DNA of 64,000 nt from Trichosphaerium sp. ATCC 40318 (GCA_038496445.1 JALMLS010000374.1:1-64000), one strand, 5' to 3'. Shown: positions 13,420 through 27,191, counted from the first letter of the stretch. The notes: generated from the sequence alone by a model not told the origin. A program made the numbers and translations.

Positions 13420-14872
13420 TTAGTGTTTAAAGAACTTTTGGTCATTCGAAAAGATCTTAGGCAATAAGCCTAACATCATACGTGCATAGCTAACAGGAGC
13501 ATAATACCAATAAGTACGCCGAATAGCATTAATTATGCCTTCAGTATACATCCATTGCTTACGAGCAATGGCTGCTTTGTACTGTGCAACAGCATCCTAA
13601 GCCAGATGAGCATTCAAAAAAAAAAGTTGTAAGTGAAAAAAATAAGAACACATGCTTGAGGTTCCTTAGAGTCTTATGGTTACATGTAGTTTGTTTTTGT
13701 GCGTACTTCAATCGGATAAGATAACCTTTTAGAGCTTTTTATGGTGGATTCAGGGACCTTGTCAACATCCACGTGCGATCCGTCTGGTAGAGACATTGCT
13801 GAAAGGAATCCGGTTTGTATAGGGCCAGGGCAAATAAGTGTAACGCCTAGCTCTTTGTCAATGTTCTCCCATCTTACTGCTTCAAAGAATCCTAGGAAAC
13901 ATCATTAAAAAATTATGTTAGCAAGCAGAAGACTAACCCTTTAGAGCCCATTTTGATGCGTGATAAACACTGACTCCAGGTGCAGTAATTCTACCTTAAT
14001 AGCGTTAGAAAGAAGATACTTCTTTGGTTCTTTTAACGACTACAGCTTCTTACCAGCCATTGAACTTATAGCAGCGATTGACCCACGTGATTTGCGCAAG
14101 TGAGGTATAGCGTATTTTGTAACCATAATCGCTCCTTTAACGTTAACATCAAGAATACGTTGTACAACACTCTCATCCATGTGCTCGGCAAATCCCATTA
14201 TACCTAAAAACACTTGTTACCACTGAAACAAGCTCGCCAAACCTCAGACTTTGTGCTATCAAAATACGTACCAAACCCAGCATTTACGATGAGAAGGTCA
14301 ATAGAACCATATTTACTGACGGCCTGATCAATCAAGTTCCTAAAAAAGTTGTGATTCGGGCTTTTTATTGTTCAAGGCGGTGCAATATTTGTCCGTTCAA
14401 CCGTACTTTAAATCTGAGTCTACTGTGACATCCGTCTTTACCACGAGCGCACTACCGCCACAACTTTCGACTTTCTTGGCAACTTCTTCGAGCTTAGACT
14501 CTGTTCTAGCGCCCAAAACAACACTAACTTGGTTTAACAAGTGGTAGAACGATAACACGTGTTTTCCAAAATTATGACAAGGGGGTAACTTTTCACCGTA
14601 CTTTGCACCATCTTTTGCGTAAGCGTAAGCAAATTCAGCACCAATGCCAGAACTAGCGCCTGTAATAACCACTGTCTTATTTTTATAGCTTTTGAGACCT
14701 ACAATGGCGTAAATGGAGTGATTTAGAGCGAATACAAGCGAAAAAGAGTACCAGCGACGTAGCGTCTCACATAGCCTGTTAGCCAAAGTCCTGATAACGC
14801 ACATACAACACCTAGTGCTGTAGCAGAGCTGTTAGCGCGTATAAATGCCAAGGCGTTGTTAAGATAATCCAT
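13420..14872 (-). CDS. Short-chain dehydrogenase/reductase (11beta-HSD/DHRS7-like) with an N-terminal anchor
   Basis: VVITGASSGIG, VNAG and the catalytic YHASK motif. Confidence 0.92.
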
Positions 14873-15031
14873 TATTTGCAAAATACAATTGTTGACTTTG
14901 TTGTACCGTTTTGTCACGTTCACGTTGCACAATCACATTAAAACAGCTCACAAACGTTCCCTCGCATTAGAATTCAGTGACTCTTGCTGTTTAAAAAACT
15001 CAACACAGAGTTTAAGTCATGTTTAAATAAG

Positions 15032-15045
15032 GTATCAATACTACT
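15032..15045 (+). repeat. LINE target-site duplication, left copy (GTATCAATACTACT)
   Basis: Identical to 18688-18701. Confidence 0.9.
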
Positions 15046-18000
15046 CTAACCTTGCTCTCCAAAAAGTTAAAGTTCTAAAAGATGGTGTCAGAAAGAAAAT
15101 TAAACGCAAGCACGTAGATAATATGATTAAAAAAATTGTGTCTAGTAAATCCAAATCACTCTTTCGACGATATAGGAACTTACGCGGATTTAACTCCAAT
15201 GATTTCCCTTCAACATTCAACAAACAAAGTAGTGGCGAAGTTATCAACAGCAATAAAGACATGAACGAGGAAATAAAGACGGAATGGAATAAATTATTCG
15301 ACGAGAAAACCAAAGAAGAAGAGATTCCTGAAGAACTGACACCGTTCGAAATCACCTGCCCTTCTCCCAATATAGAGCAAAAAGATACCAAAATCTCTAA
15401 AGGTACCTTCCGTAAAGCTGCTAAAAGAATTGCGTCATACAAAGCGCCTGGTAAATCAAAAGTCGACCCAAAAATTTTTAAACTTCCTGACGAAGCGATT
15501 GAAATGTTGGTTAACATGCTTAAATTCTGCCATGAACAAGGATATATGCCTGAAGAGTGGAGATCAAGCGTCACAATACTACTACCAAAAGGAAAAACAG
15601 CTACTAATGTTTTTAACTTTCGTCCAATCTCGTTGCTTAACTCTTTGTACAAGATATATTCCAGAATGCTTACTGACACGATTGAAAATTATGCCATTAA
15701 AGGAAAGATCATGTCACCATCTCAATTTGGATTTATTAAAGGTAAATCCATTCACATGGCGCAAAAAAAGTTCTTCTCGGTGATACGTGATGCGAAAAAT
15801 ACAGGTAAAAATCTTTATGCAATGTATATAGACCTTAGGAAAGCATATGACTCTATACCACACTGGGCAATTAACAAAATACTCATATGGCATGGTTATA
15901 ACTATAGGATAAGGAAAGCGATAATGTCAATGTATCACAATCTGACTACAACGATCAAAACTCCGGTAGGTGACGCTGACATTACCCTTAATAGAGGAAC
16001 CAGACAAGGAGACATTATCTCGCCCATGATATGGGATCTGTTTATTAACCCGCTTCTCCATCAACTCAATGCAATGAACATAGGTTACATGGATTCCCAT
16101 GGAGACACAACAGCGGTTATTGCTTATGCGGATGACTTAGTACTATTAGCAAACAATCTAGATGACCTTCATAAGCTATATGCCACTCTTACCAAATTTT
16201 GCAACTTTTACAAACTCCAAATTAATACAGAAAAATCCGCTGTTACTGCTAACAGTGATGAAGGAGAGCTACAAATCAGGAACAACCCACTGACATGGGA
16301 AGAGACAACAATACTGACGCTGAAGCCCTCAGAATTGTACAAATACTTAGGAATACTAACTAATATGAAACTTAACTTCACAGAACAGTTTAACAAGCTC
16401 GGCTCGTCTTTTATGTCTACCATATCACTGATTAACACTAACTACTTTACAACTAGCCAGAAGGTCCATCTAATTAACCAAATTGCAGTATCACGCATTA
16501 GGTTCACGCAAAACACAATCGATATTCCTGAAGTATATTTAAAAAAATGGGACAACAGAGCAGCAGAAGTTATAAAAAGAAAGGTTAAGATCCAACCTAA
16601 CGCTCACAATGAGAGGATACAATCTTCCACCCTTGGATACGGTCTTGTGTCTCTCCTTGATACCCAAATTGCAGCATACGTCAAAACGGCCCTTAAAGAC
16701 AACCTAAATAGCTCTGAAGGGAATGTCTCTAACGAAGCAGTACTTTATGACATTGACAAAATAACCTCTCTTCTCGCGAAAACTAACTACAATATTGTTT
16801 CTATAGAAAATGAGCCGAGAGCTAAAGTTGGCGCATCCGCGTTGGAGAAAACACTGTTTGATAGTATTACAGAAAAGTACAAGGGAAGTGCGATATTGGC
16901 CACAGACGGAAGTGTTAAAAACGGAGTAGCTACTAGTGCAGTTATCCTCTCCTTAAAAGGAAGGAAATGGATGAAATTTAACACCATTTTTCACACAGAC
17001 TCTAACGGAGCTGAACTTGAGGCGATCGAAATGGCCATCATCACGTCACCGTGCGAATCGTCTATTATTATAGTTACTGACTCTCTTAACTCGAAAAACT
17101 GGATCGAAACATTTAGCGAATGGAAACCGGTCAAGCGCTTTAAAAGCGAATACACACACATCCTGTCACGTATTAACAAACTCATAACCGAGCGTATAGG
17201 CAAAGTAGACATTATCTGGTACCCAAGTCACACACTCGAAAATGATAAAAAAAGGGCTGCGGCAGCGAGAGCCTCAGCCACCATTACTTACAAATTCTCG
17301 GGTGACATAGTTCCTGTGGTCATAGCTATGAACGCTTATGCAGATGATGTAGCATCGGAAAGCAAGTACCGTTCCTTTGGCAAGTGCTTGCTTGGTTCTG
17401 GGTTCACCCTGTAGGGGCGAATAACTTTTGTTTAATCAACAATAACACAGGTAGACCTACATATAGTGACCCGTGGAAAATTCTCAAAATAGACACAGAA
17501 CAAAAAAAAGTCAATTTCATTAATAATGTTTCTTCCAACAATGGTAGAAATAGAAGCAACTTAATCACCGACCTATCCGTCCTAACTCTGAAAGATTAAT
17601 TCCGAAAATGTCGTCGACTTTTCATTTAGAGTCAAGCGCCATGCACTATACATCAATAACACAGTATTTCATCGACTGCCTAAAGCCTCTACTAGCCTAT
17701 ACCACCGTAAACAACGGATGTGCTATCCTAACCCTAGATGTTCACTATGTGATCACGAGTCAGAAACATTTAAACACCTTATCCAATGCCCTAACAATTC
17801 CTTTGAGTTAAGGTCGTACCTCTTCCACCACATAGTCCGTATATATGATGAAATTACTAGCAACACAGTACCTGTGGATGGCTCAAAGTTTAATGGTTAC
17901 AATCTTATCCGACAAAAAACCAAAAATAATTATTTTCTTCACAAAAACTTTAAACTACCTTATATTATCTCACTCCCTCTTTATAACAAAATACAACTTG

Positions 18001-18687
18001 GCCGTCCTCTAGAATCTCTCATTAACGACGAGCTATGGACCACTAGTTATATAGGCAACTGACTCACTGGTGAGGTAGTGGAGGAGTTCCTTGGATCGTT
18101 TGGTTTCATTGGAGATACCGAGGACCAGGAAGTCTTCAGAACTGCCCAAGGATGGATTACAACCGCTCTCCTAGATAACATACAAAAGTGTTTCAAACTG
18201 ACACCGTCAAACAGTAAACACATGGCACACAGAGTAATGGTAGCATATATGGCACTACTATACCGAAGATATCGCATTAGATGTAAAGATGATATTGAAC
18301 ACAAGAAGAGTATTGGTGCTTTTATCAACCCTAGGTTGCTCAGGATAGCGGATCCGAAGATTAAGAAGATCCTGGGCTTATAGGCTTCGGCCTGTAAGTT
18401 CCGGATGTACTCAGATATTGGAACACTTAAACGATAGATGGCACGTATATTGGTACAAAGATAAGATGATGATGAAGATGTCCCTGGAACACGATGAATG
18501 ATTAAAACCTATGGAACGTGGCAACACTTGATCTAAGATAAATGGAGCTCTGTAATTATAGTTATCAGCCGAAAGATGAAAAAGGGCTGCGTCACACCTT
18601 TCAAACTTAATAGCGCCGTACGATGGCCTGAGGAAATGTGCTCCTTGTGAGACTTTTGTTGACGTTAAATAAAGAAATAAATAAAAA
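15046..18687 (+). mobile_element. 5'-truncated non-LTR retrotransposon (LINE): RT + RNase H + C-terminal Cys/His knuckle
   Basis: RT motifs KAPG, FRPISL, QFGF, DLRKAYDS, GTRQGD, AYADD and YKYLG. RNase H motifs ATDGS, AELEAI, VTDS, PSH and NAYAD. Knuckle CSLC...ETFKHLIQC. A-rich tail at about 18665-18687, and the element is flanked by a 14-bp direct repeat. Confidence 0.93.
15123..18383 (+). pseudogene. LINE ORF2 remnant (RT-RNase H intact to 17414, then frameshifts and a premature stop)
   Basis: The frame is open from the 5' junction. Frame changes occur near 17400 and about 17600. ORFs 17718-18062 and 18078-18383 are in the same frame, separated by TGA. Confidence 0.85.
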
Positions 18688-18701
18688 GTATCAATACTAC
18701 T
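18688..18701 (+). repeat. LINE target-site duplication, right copy
   Basis: Directly follows the A-rich tail and is identical to 15032-15045. Confidence 0.9.
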
Positions 18702-18755
18702 ACATCTAGCGACGAAAACGCTAAAAGTAGAATACGAAGTTCTTTTCTAGAACTG

Positions 18756-19475
18756 ATGCGTAATTCTTTTGCGCTCTTATGCGTGCTCGTACTGTTCAGT
18801 GCAACGTCATCGTATGCTTCCGAGTTCTCTAAGATTATTGAATTCGGCATTTCAGCTGTGTTGAATAAACCAGCTATATATCTCAAGGATGAACTTATAA
18901 CACTTATCAAACGCGATCAAGGTCTTAAAAAATACGATAGAGAAATCTACAGAACTATACTACGCGTTATACAGAAATATAAGTACTTTAAGGGCGAAGC
19001 ACAAGGAAAAAGCTCGTCACAGTTTAAAAGTACCTCATTTCAACTAGAAACCAAAAAACTGATCGGATTCGGCGGTGAACGAGCACCAGATAACATGGTA
19101 GACCAATTCCTAGGTTTTTGGAAAAAGGAATACCGAAAGACTTGGCGTGTTGGCTCTAACCCGCTTACTTGGATGGTAAGGAACACAATGGTCAGGACAA
19201 CGACTTCTGTAAGGTTAAGATACACTAAAACAGGATACGCAGTATCGTATTCTTCAAGGCACAGTTTCGAAGATGTTTTGGATCTTAGACCGAGAAGAGT
19301 TGGAAATAATGACTTTTCTGTCATGTTGAGGCCTAAGCAGAATCCTTATGATGCTGTTACTGTGTTCTTGGGTACTATGTATCATGATGTTCTTCGTAGA
19401 AGAGATGATATTAAAGTGAGAGCAACTTGGCACAACCATGGTATTTCTTATGGAATTTGGAGATTTCTGAATTGA
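18756..19475 (+). CDS. Intronless secreted basic protein of unknown function (239 aa)
   Basis: Signal peptide MRNSFALLCVLVLFSATSSYA, an uninterrupted ORF and an AATAAA downstream near 19542. Confidence 0.75.
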   Translation: MRNSFALLCVLVLFSATSSYASEFSKIIEFGISAVLNKPAIYLKDELITLIKRDQGLKKYDREIYRTILRVIQKYKYFKGEAQGKSSSQFKSTSFQLETKKLIGFGGERAPDNMVDQFLGFWKKEYRKTWRVGSNPLTWMVRNTMVRTTTSVRLRYTKTGYAVSYSSRHSFEDVLDLRPRRVGNNDFSVMLRPKQNPYDAVTVFLGTMYHDVLRRRDDIKVRATWHNHGISYGIWRFLN

Positions 19476-20086
19476 AGAAACTGTTTTCTATTTTAAGCTT
19501 TAGACTCATAAACGCAGTCCTTATGTAAAAAATGTGTATTCAATAAATAACTATTACCTGAGTGAGGTATAGAGTTGAGCTTAAGACACAACCATAATCT
19601 CTGTGCATTGTGAAGGGAACAGACAAAGGTATTGTCCTCATTTTTCAATTGTGAGTGTGTTTATTGAAATGGTAATATCACATACAATGGACTATTGTCC
19701 GCGTCATTAAAAGTCAAAGTCAAAAAACCAGATCACATTTATTGATTTTTTACCACGTTTCTTTCCAACAGAAAGTTTTTTAACAATAGCAACACTCCAA
19801 CCGTCAATGATCTGTCAAGTGAGGAACAATGAATTACGTTCAGGGTATAAGCAATAAAGACCCATTTTGTACTTCATGTGTTTTAATTGAATAAATTTAA
19901 CAGCATTTGTAAACAGTCAAATAAAGTAATTATCACGTGGACTTCAACTCGGTTATCTTTATTAGTTGCGACCACCTAACAGAAACTTACCGCGAAGTAC
20001 GTGATATATAAGGAAAGTTTATATATTGATATTAAGGTATAATCTAGAAGAGGTTGTACGTTACGTTTTGACCATTTGACAACAAA

Positions 20087-21313
20087 ATGGAGGGAAAATA
20101 CACAAACAATGCTAATCCGCGCATATTTGACCTTATTGCGCTTCCAAATGAACTAATAGTTCATATTCTCAAACAAGGGATTTATACACTTCATTCGGCC
20201 CAAACATGTCACTATTTGCGAGATATTGTCCACAACCACGTTGGATATAATGCTATCAATATTCGTTGTGTAAGTCAAGTGAACATTCTTTCTGGCAGCC
20301 CCTTACTCCTGAATACACCTATTCACGTGCTCTGTATTTCAATACTTGATAAGCACATCAACATGTTAGCAGGTGTACATACTATCAACTTAAACACGTG
20401 CGAATTGATTACGGATGAGGGTATAAAGGCTTTGGCAGGTGTGCATACAATTGATTTGTATGGCACAAATGTAACAGATGAAGGTTTGAAGGCTTTGGCA
20501 GGAGTACATACAATTTGGTTGTGTCAGTGTGCAGTAACAGATGAAGGCATAAAGGCTTTGGCAGGTGTACATGAGATTGATGTATCGTGTACAAATGTAA
20601 CAGATGAAGGTTTGAAGGCGTTGGCAGGAGTACATACTATCAACATAAGCATGTGCGACTTGATAACAGATGAAGGCTTAAAGGCGTTGGCAGGAGTACA
20701 TACTATCAGCATAAACATGTGCGAATTGATAACAGATGAAGGCATAAAGGCGTTGGCAGGTGTACATATAATCGAATTATCATATGCAGATGTAACAGAT
20801 GAGGGTATAAAGGCGTTGGCAGGTGCGCACACTATAAACTTACATGAGTGTTGGTCAATAATAGATGAGGGCATAAAGGCGTTGGCAGGTGTACATACAA
20901 TCGAATTATCATATACAGATGTAACAGATGAAGGCTTGAAGGCGTTGGCAGGAGTACATACTATAGAACTTCAAGTTTGTGAATTGATAACAGATGAAGG
21001 CTTAAAGGCATTGGCGGGTGTACATACAATTGATTTAGAAAGTACAAACGTAACAGATGAAGGTTTGAAGGCGTTGGCTGGTATACATACTATCAGCATA
21101 AGCATGTGCAAATTGATAACAGATGAAGGTGTAAAGGCATTGGCAGGTGTACATGCAATCGATTTATCATACACAAATATAACAGATGAGGGTTTGAAGG
21201 CACTGGAGGGTGTTTCTATAATAATAATGCTTGGTTGTAAATCAATAACACTTGATGGTATTATTGCATTGAAAGAGAAAGGATGCACTGTCAAATATAG
21301 CAGAGTCAAATGA
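20087..21313 (+). CDS. Intronless F-box + LRR protein with a highly regular 21/22-aa repeat array
   Basis: F-box DLIALPNELIVHIL, then 13-14 units of AGVHTIxLxx(C/T)xxTDEG(L/I)KAL. Confidence 0.92.
   Translation: MEGKYTNNANPRIFDLIALPNELIVHILKQGIYTLHSAQTCHYLRDIVHNHVGYNAINIRCVSQVNILSGSPLLLNTPIHVLCISILDKHINMLAGVHTINLNTCELITDEGIKALAGVHTIDLYGTNVTDEGLKALAGVHTIWLCQCAVTDEGIKALAGVHEIDVSCTNVTDEGLKALAGVHTINISMCDLITDEGLKALAGVHTISINMCELITDEGIKALAGVHIIELSYADVTDEGIKALAGAHTINLHECWSIIDEGIKALAGVHTIELSYTDVTDEGLKALAGVHTIELQVCELITDEGLKALAGVHTIDLESTNVTDEGLKALAGIHTISISMCKLITDEGVKALAGVHAIDLSYTNITDEGLKALEGVSIIIMLGCKSITLDGIIALKEKGCTVKYSRVK
20368..21230 (+). repeat. Coding tandem repeat of mixed 63-bp and 66-bp units
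   Basis: The scaffold taacagatgaagg(c/t)(t/a)t(a/g)aaggc(g/t)ttggcagg(t/a)gtacatac recurs throughout. Confidence 0.9.
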
Positions 21314-21439
21314 ATAAGATTGATTGATTCAAAAACTTTGACATGCTCTGAAGAAACAAGCATCAGCAGCTATAAAAATAACCCAATATTCTCGTAATAC
21401 AAATTAATTTATTTAGGAAGTTTTTTTCTTTTTTGCTTT

Positions 21440-23360
21440 TTAGTTTTCTATCTCTGTATAAGATATACTAGAACCTGTATAATCCTGAGTGGACATATAA
21501 TCTTCTTGAGAATAGTACGGCTCATAGTCTGATCGTTGTACACCATAATTATTTTCTGAACCTTTAAGTTGTTCGCTCTTTTTCCTTTAAAAGGAAGTTA
21601 GAAAAAAAAAGAAACTTAAGTTTTTTGGGGATTACCTAGCGCTTAAGAATATTACGTATGTAAGACAAGCAAGCTATATGTAAAGTTAAATACGTAGATA
21701 TTATTGAGATTGAATGACAATACGCACGAGTTCTAATAATCGATACACAACCTGTACACAAAAGAAATATTTCACTCCTTTGTCGGTTTCTTCTCCACCG
21801 TTTGGCCATCTTATAAGAGAAACAATAACTAAAATCATGAAAAGCACTGTGATTAATGTAAGAACGATTAACATATACAAAGCCTACGACTCATAAGTAT
21901 AAAGGAGGTCTACGTAACGTGAAAAATTTCAACAATGGAAAAAAAAATCTGACACATTGTGACATTTTAGGAAATGTGTAAACAAAACTTCTCTCTGCTT
22001 ACTTTCATCAACCAAGCTTTTCTTGCAAAGTACAACTTTGATAGTAATTTATATACAGCACGGCCTATTATAACAAATATGATCATCTGAAAAGAAGCAA
22101 TAGCCTAAAAGTGCAATCAGCTAACTAATTAAAGGCAGTATCCATTTGAAGAAAGTTTGTCGTACAATGAGGAGGCCAGCATAACCTACAGCATATCGTG
22201 TTGCAAACCGTAGAGTTACATAACGTTCTGATACTGAAAGAGCTATAATATCAAGTTAATAAGGATGAATATCATGCTAGTGAAGCACCTATTTGCAAGC
22301 ACAACATGATAGGAATAAGCAAGTAAAAAATACGCTTAACCCACAGCAACAATACAGACTTATTTATAACACAGTAAATCTCTAACCTATAATAAAGAGA
22401 ACATAAATAAGTAAGAACAACATGATAGAAACATAGCGATAAAAATAATAACAAGATATCCTATCTGCATCAAACAAAAGCAAAAGTCGGCTAACATTAT
22501 GAATAAAAGTAAACTTATGGCATTGTTTTTTTGACGTTTACTGCCTTTAAAATGTAATAAAACAGCATACTAGAAAAAGACGTTAACGTCTTTATCATTT
22601 TTTTCATAACAATTTGGAAAAATAAACGTTCTAAAGACCGTTGGCGTTTCGGAAAAAAAAAACTTCAAAAAAAAAAAGTAGTTTGAGTTACCAAATAGCA
22701 TTAGCCAGAGAAAACAAAGAATAACAGCCCCAAATGCCTAGTCCAAAAAGCAAACTATCTACCCAATATGGTGCTATTTCACGAGACCGATGTGGGTCAA
22801 GGAACATGTACAAACTGCGCTCTAAAAAAGAAGAATGTCAAAAAATAGTAAGATTTATGGTAATTCGTGAAAATCGCCTTTGATTGACACATTGCGGGTA
22901 ACTTGCGCTATCTAGCGTACCTAGCGTAGTAAAAAGAACCAGACCCCATATTCCACACATGATTCTCTTCATTGTTCCATCGTATGTCTTATCTTTACTG
23001 AAAGGAGAAGGTGGAGTTCTATTTGGCGTAAGTGATGCGATAGGCGTACAAAGAAGGTACTTTGAATTTGAAATGTCGACTTTGCTCCACAACAGTCCAC
23101 CGTATGTTCGTATTACTTTATATAGCGAAAATAGGAACAACAGTCCAAACAGCGCGCCTCCAACATACATATACGCAACTGTCCACTGTCCAAGTAATTC
23201 TTTAAATCCTTGCCTGCACATAGCCCCTATAGAACGCTTAATGCGTAATCAAGCAGAATTCGTTGCCGTTTGTACCCGTAAATGAAGGAATGCAGTTACA
23301 CACCCCAGAGTTGCAGTGACCATTGTGAAAACAGTCTGAATCTGTTTTACAATGAGTCAT
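21440..23360 (-). CDS. EGF-like domain + multi-pass (about 7TM, THH1/TOM1-like) membrane protein
   Basis: CKTDSDCFHNGHCNSGVCNCIPSFYGAMC, followed by several hydrophobic exons and a Ser/Tyr-rich tail. The start is uncertain. Confidence 0.65.
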
Positions 23361-23442
23361 TAGGCATGCTAGCAAATGCGCAAATGGTAACTTCCATTTT
23401 AAGTGTGCTTTTTTTAGCTAAGCGCTGCCTTGAGGCGGTAAA

Positions 23443-24794
23443 ATGATAAACAAGTTAGCACAGAAGCCTTTCTGCATTCTTGACGGTGGTTTAGCGACTT
23501 CTTTAGAAGCAAAAGGCTTAAAACTCAATGAAGACCTTTGGTCAGCATACTGTCTGGTAGATAACCCTGAGGCAATACAGAAAGTGCACTTAGAATTTTT
23601 GCGTACGTTTTTACGGTTTCCCACATGTAATACCTTCCAACAACATTTAGATGCTGGTTGCGACATTATAACAACTGCGACATACCAGGCATGTCCAAAA
23701 CACGCAAAGTGGGTTGTAACGCTATTCAAAGGCTTCGAGTGAAGCATTTGCAAGGGTTGGCATCGACAAGGAGCGCTATGCAGCACTTCTCAAGTAAAAA
23801 CAGTAAAATGTGACATTTGACACTTACAATGTGAAGAACAAGCGTCGATTTAGCAGTCAAAGCCCGAAATGAACACACTCTAAAAAAAAAAACGACACGG
23901 ACGATACTGCAATAATAGCGGCGTCTCTAGGTAATGACATTGCGTTATATAGTACTAACTAACCGGACTAGGTTGTTATGGGGCTTTCCTTGCTGATGGA
24001 AGTGAGTATAATCCAAAATATGCAGCTACAGTATCTGCAGACACGTTAAAAGCATTTCACAAGAATAGACTGGATATACTGGCTGATGAGGAGTACGTTT
24101 AGAAAGTTGTATACTAAAAGAAGTGACGAGATAAATAGAAACGTTGACGTTTTCGCTTTTGAAACCGTGCCATGCCTAAAAGAGGCTGTAGCTATCGGCC
24201 AACTCCTTAGCGAGTCGTACAAAGACAAGGAAGTACGCCACAATAATCTTTATACGCTGCACTGTACGCTTATAATCATCAAAGGCGTGGATCAGCTTTT
24301 CTTGTAAGAACGGTGAGGTTACGAATAACAATGAAGATATTGGCACGTGTGCTAAAGAACTGGAGAGGTATAAACAAGTAAGTAAAGAAAAGGAGATGGT
24401 TTTGTATTCATTGTGCTGATTGCTGATCACTGATGTTGATAGGTTGTAGCTATAGGCGTAAACTGTACAGCTCCTCAATATATAACAAGTTTGATAAAAA
24501 AAATTAAAGACAACTCTACAAAACCCATTATTGTTTATCCAAACTCAGGAGAAGGATGGGACTCTAATAATGCAACGTGGCTTCCAGGAGAGAAAAATAC
24601 AGGTGACTTCCGAGCTGTTGCTCGTAAAACTAAAAAAAAAACCTTCTTACAAAGTATAAGGTTCCCTTGCTGATAAAGCGATTGAGTGGATAGAAGCAGG
24701 TGCAAGCGTTATCGGTGGTTGTTGTAGAATATCAGCAAGTGATATAGAAGCTCTTAAGAAGTCACTGATGAAACATCACGAGAGAACTATGTAG
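23443..24794 (+). CDS. HMT: Homocysteine S-methyltransferase
   Basis: ILDGGLAT, LWSA, AGCDIITTATYQAS, YGAFLADGSEY, FETVP, GVNC, VYPNSGE and IGGCCR. One apparent frameshift in the A11 run at 23882-23892. Confidence 0.95.
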
Positions 24795-24855
24795 CTATAA
24801 TAAGTTTATTCAAGAAAGATTTCTGTATGGTTTTTTTACAGCGATGTAAGGTATT

Positions 24856-25237
24856 CTAAGCAAGTTTCAAGAATTGCATTAGCTGTTCGTCTTCACAAGC
24901 ATTATCAAAGGCTTCAAAGTTACCACAGTATTGATCGCCATTACAGATTTGAGGAGGCAATGCTAAGTGAAAGGTCAGAGAACGGAAAAAAAAAAAACTT
25001 ATTTGGATCCGCCTAGCGCATCTGCTGTAGCACAGCGCGCTTTCGCTGAGCGTGTAAAATACCTTTTGGATCCCCAGCAAGCTCGCGCATCTTTTCCTTA
25101 TCTGCCGTTCCCTTGGCAATGTCTATTATGTTGATAGGTATCTTCTTGCCTTCTAGAACCATCTGTATCTTCTGCTGACGCTTTTTAATTACTTGACTGC
25201 TTGATACAGTTGCGAAGTATAAATCTATCGTTGCCAT
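24856..25237 (-). CDS. SH3BGRL: SH3-domain-binding glutamic-acid-rich-like protein (thioredoxin fold)
   Basis: YFATVSSSQVIKKRQQKI...MRELAGDPKALPPQICNGDQYCGNFEAF...FLKL with one intron. Confidence 0.88.
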
Positions 25238-25544
25238 AGCGTAAATGAGTGGTTTGCTGTGCCAAAACTGCGAGACAAGTCAAGCTCACATTTCTAAAAC
25301 CCAAATCCAATCACTATCCCACAAGACAACGTAAGAACGCAACTAATCGCTCTCACATTGCTTACTTTACTCCAGCGAGTGCGTTTCAATAGCGGAAATG
25401 TTTGATTTCGTTGTAGGAAATCTCGCCACGTTCCTCCTTGCCATTATAGCATTTTGACGCTCTCTTGCACTTGTTCAGTGACCTTGATCCATTTAGCACC
25501 TATTCGCACTATTTCAACAGCATAATTTCCGTCGTGCCATTTAG

Positions 25545-26730
<1,186 letters not shown>

Positions 26731-27191
26731 TGGGAAAGAAGGTGAATATTCTTAGAGAGAGAGCTCGTTAGAGATAGAGAGAGAGAACTCGAGCTCTAGC
26801 CCTTCTTTAATTTTTTTTATTGTACAGAAAATGTAAATAAGTTATCTTTCCAATAAACTATGTATTACAAATTTACGTTATCATATTGTTTGAAGTATGC
26901 AGTTCGTACAGAAAATACGCTAAAAAAAAGGATTTGGAACGTGATATTTTATGGATTATCATGCCGAGTAGAGGATTGTTTCAGAGAACGAAACCGATAC
27001 TTAAACTGATTTAGTTTTTGGATGTAGGAACCCAACACAGGAACTCTTGTTGTCTCCAAGATACAAAGTTCTTTAGTCGTTTGCACGTATTAAAACAGAG
27101 CAGGAACTCATAGTCGCTATCCAAGTTCCTATGGCTTAATTAGCAAGCCAGTACTGCCGCGAATAACGAATAACTACTTACATAGAAAGCC

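Noticed and set aside
15041-15679. Antisense and shadow ORFs (also 20524-20874, 32921-33328, 38827-39258, 49545-49919)
   Set aside because: They overlap real genes in other frames and show no independent motifs.
20368-21230. Conserved-repeat/variable-spacer pattern resembling a CRISPR array
   Set aside because: The units are in-frame coding LRRs with codon-position variation and related spacers. There are no cas genes and the context is eukaryotic.
15123-21313. RT near a hypervariable repeat gene, suggesting a diversity-generating retroelement
   Set aside because: The RT is LINE-type (QGD, YADD, RNase H, TSD, A-rich tail). No template/variable repeat pair is visible, and LRR variation is not adenine-specific.
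23880-23895. Frameshift in HMT, and a similar one in the P450 near 382-386, as programmed frameshifting or pseudogenisation
   Set aside because: Both sit in A homopolymers within otherwise intact genes. Assembly indel error is the simplest explanation and needs checking against reads.
26752-26800. GA-rich imperfect inverted repeat in the ArfGAP 3' UTR
   Set aside because: It is short, low-complexity sequence with no supporting evidence of function.
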